DNA from: Fidelibacterota bacterium
GTDB taxonomy: Bacteria > Fidelibacterota > Marinisomatia > Marinisomatales > TCS55
Reading direction: 5' to 3'
Length of the DNA stretch: 19,120 nucleotides
NCBI GenBank assembly: GCA_027251445.1
Contig: JAPNQO010000107.1
Location: 1-19,120 of the forward strand
This document shows, piece after piece, positions 18,143-19,120 of this stretch. The stretch's first letter is position 1. The number at the start of each line of letters is the position of its first letter. Below the pieces are notes generated by a model that was not told the origin of the DNA, did not search any database, and saw only the letters and a program-made list of their open reading frames with translations. The translations under genes and the position numbers were made by a program.

Positions 18143-18163
18143 TTTACTCTTGATAAGAGTAAA
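18143..18163. promoter_or_regulatory. Perfect 9-3-9 palindrome TTTACTCTT-GAT-AAGAGTAAA; candidate operator
   Basis: Arms at 18143-18151 and 18155-18163 are exact reverse complements, about 60-80 nt upstream of the beta-helix gene start. Confidence 0.55.
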
Positions 18164-18244
18164 CTAAGAAAATATTTTGCTCAAATCCAAACAAAGTATT
18201 ACAAAATTATAAATAAATTATTAAGCATATATTTCATTCAATAC

Positions 18245-19120
18245 TTATTTGATTAACATGATTTTGTGCGTTTGTATAGAATAGCTGTTAAATAACTTGA
18301 TGAAATAGATTCCACTGGTTTGATTGAATGCATTCCAATAAAAAACATGTTCACCAGCATCTAAAGCCTCATTTGCAATTTGATCAACCTTATTACCTAA
18401 AATATCATACATATTAATCGTTGTAAAATCATTGTGAGATAGATTTACCACGATCTTGCATGATTGATTAAAAGGATTTGGATATGCTTTTAAAGAAAAT
18501 CCAGAAGGGTTTAAATCTTTCGGCTCCATTTCGGTATGCAAATAATTTTCATCAATAGATTGTATTAGTTCTTGACCATTTGAAGTCACATCATACCCTA
18601 ACGCCCAAATCATTACTCCCCCTAATTCTCTTTCCATAGCATATTCACATTTATAGGCGATTGATTCTGGATTATCATATACCAACACCTTAGTTTGTTC
18701 ATCATTAATTAGATAGGGACAATAGGCAATGCTATCCCAATGATATGTCCAACCATTATTAATCAGCCCAGGGATTTCACTATATCGTATATCTGCTACA
18801 CTCCCAGTAAATGCTCCATTAATATTTGAAGCATTAAACTCTTTTCCCCAAAATGGCAACCCAAGATTTATTTGATGAGCAGGTATACCTCTAGTTATCG
18901 TTAAGTAATTGATACCTGTTTGACAAGATCCGTCGGGATCACCAGGAGGTGATTGATATAAAGGAGAATTATGTCCTGCATGACTAGACCAACCTCCATG
19001 TATATCATATGTCATCGCATTAAAAAAGTCTACATGATTTTTTAAATATCCAAAATCGTACCACTGACCACTCCATGATGATGTGGGTACTGCCATGGTA
19101 ATCAATAATGTTGAATCATG
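18245..19120 (-). CDS. GH18 family (chitinase-like) glycoside hydrolase with C-terminal sorting domain; 5'-truncated by the window
   Basis: NAMTYDIHGGWS, HNSPLY, NLGLPFWG, YDNPESIAYK, LGGVMIWALGYD (C-terminal half of a GH18 barrel); YPNPFN...TSGIYFIKL...KIMLIK CTD. The frame stays open to 19120 (HDSTLLITM...). The catalytic DxDxE motif is not in the window. Confidence 0.88.
   Translation of the reverse strand, partial: HDSTLLITMAVPTSSWSGQWYDFGYLKNHVDFFNAMTYDIHGGWSSHAGHNSPLYQSPPGDPDGSCQTGINYLTITRGIPAHQINLGLPFWGKEFNASNINGAFTGSVADIRYSEIPGLINNGWTYHWDSIAYCPYLINDEQTKVLVYDNPESIAYKCEYAMERELGGVMIWALGYDVTSNGQELIQSIDENYLHTEMEPKDLNPSGFSLKAYPNPFNQSCKIVVNLSHNDFTTINMYDILGNKVDQIANEALDAGEHVFYWNAFNQTSGIYFIKLFNSYSIQTHKIMLIK

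Noticed and set aside
19103..19105. TTG at 19105 as the GH18 start
   Set aside because: The frame is open to the window edge, and the signal peptide and DxDxE motif are missing, so the gene begins outside the window. It is not a pseudogene.
1..19120. CRISPR arrays, tRNA/rRNA, riboswitches, IS elements, prophage or defence genes, stop-codon recoding
   Set aside because: Intergenic gaps are all 160 nt or less with no repeat-spacer or cloverleaf pattern. No transposase, integrase or nuclease motifs were seen, and the ORFs are intact under the standard code.

Overview
AT-rich (roughly one-third GC by eye), gene-dense bacterial window with 17 supported CDSs (the last truncated at the right edge) plus a probable gene start cut off at the left edge. 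No RNA genes, mobile elements or CRISPR arrays were seen. Three proteins end in a YPNPFN...K-x-x-L-x-(K/R) Ig-like sorting domain (FlgD-Ig / T9SS type-A-like CTD). Several signal peptides are followed by Gln, and clear AAGGAG Shine-Dalgarno sites are present. Together these suggest a non-Bacteroidota FCB-group organism such as Marinimicrobia/Marinisomatota (inference). The right half is a co-oriented, SusD-less candidate glycan-foraging cluster: GH18-CTD, beta-helix-CTD protein, small lipoprotein, TonB-dependent receptor, two SGNH esterases and a LamG lipoprotein. The left half holds a DUF2914 / NAGPA-like phosphodiester glycosidase / Gfo-Idh-MocA operon. It also holds a divergent secreted propeller + acidic helical-barrel protein (candidate uncharacterised glycosidase), a GDPD, a CTD protein with an atypical EExxH zincin-like motif, and small membrane proteins (two DoxX-like, one TIGR02206-like). 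All family calls come from motif recognition; no searches were run.
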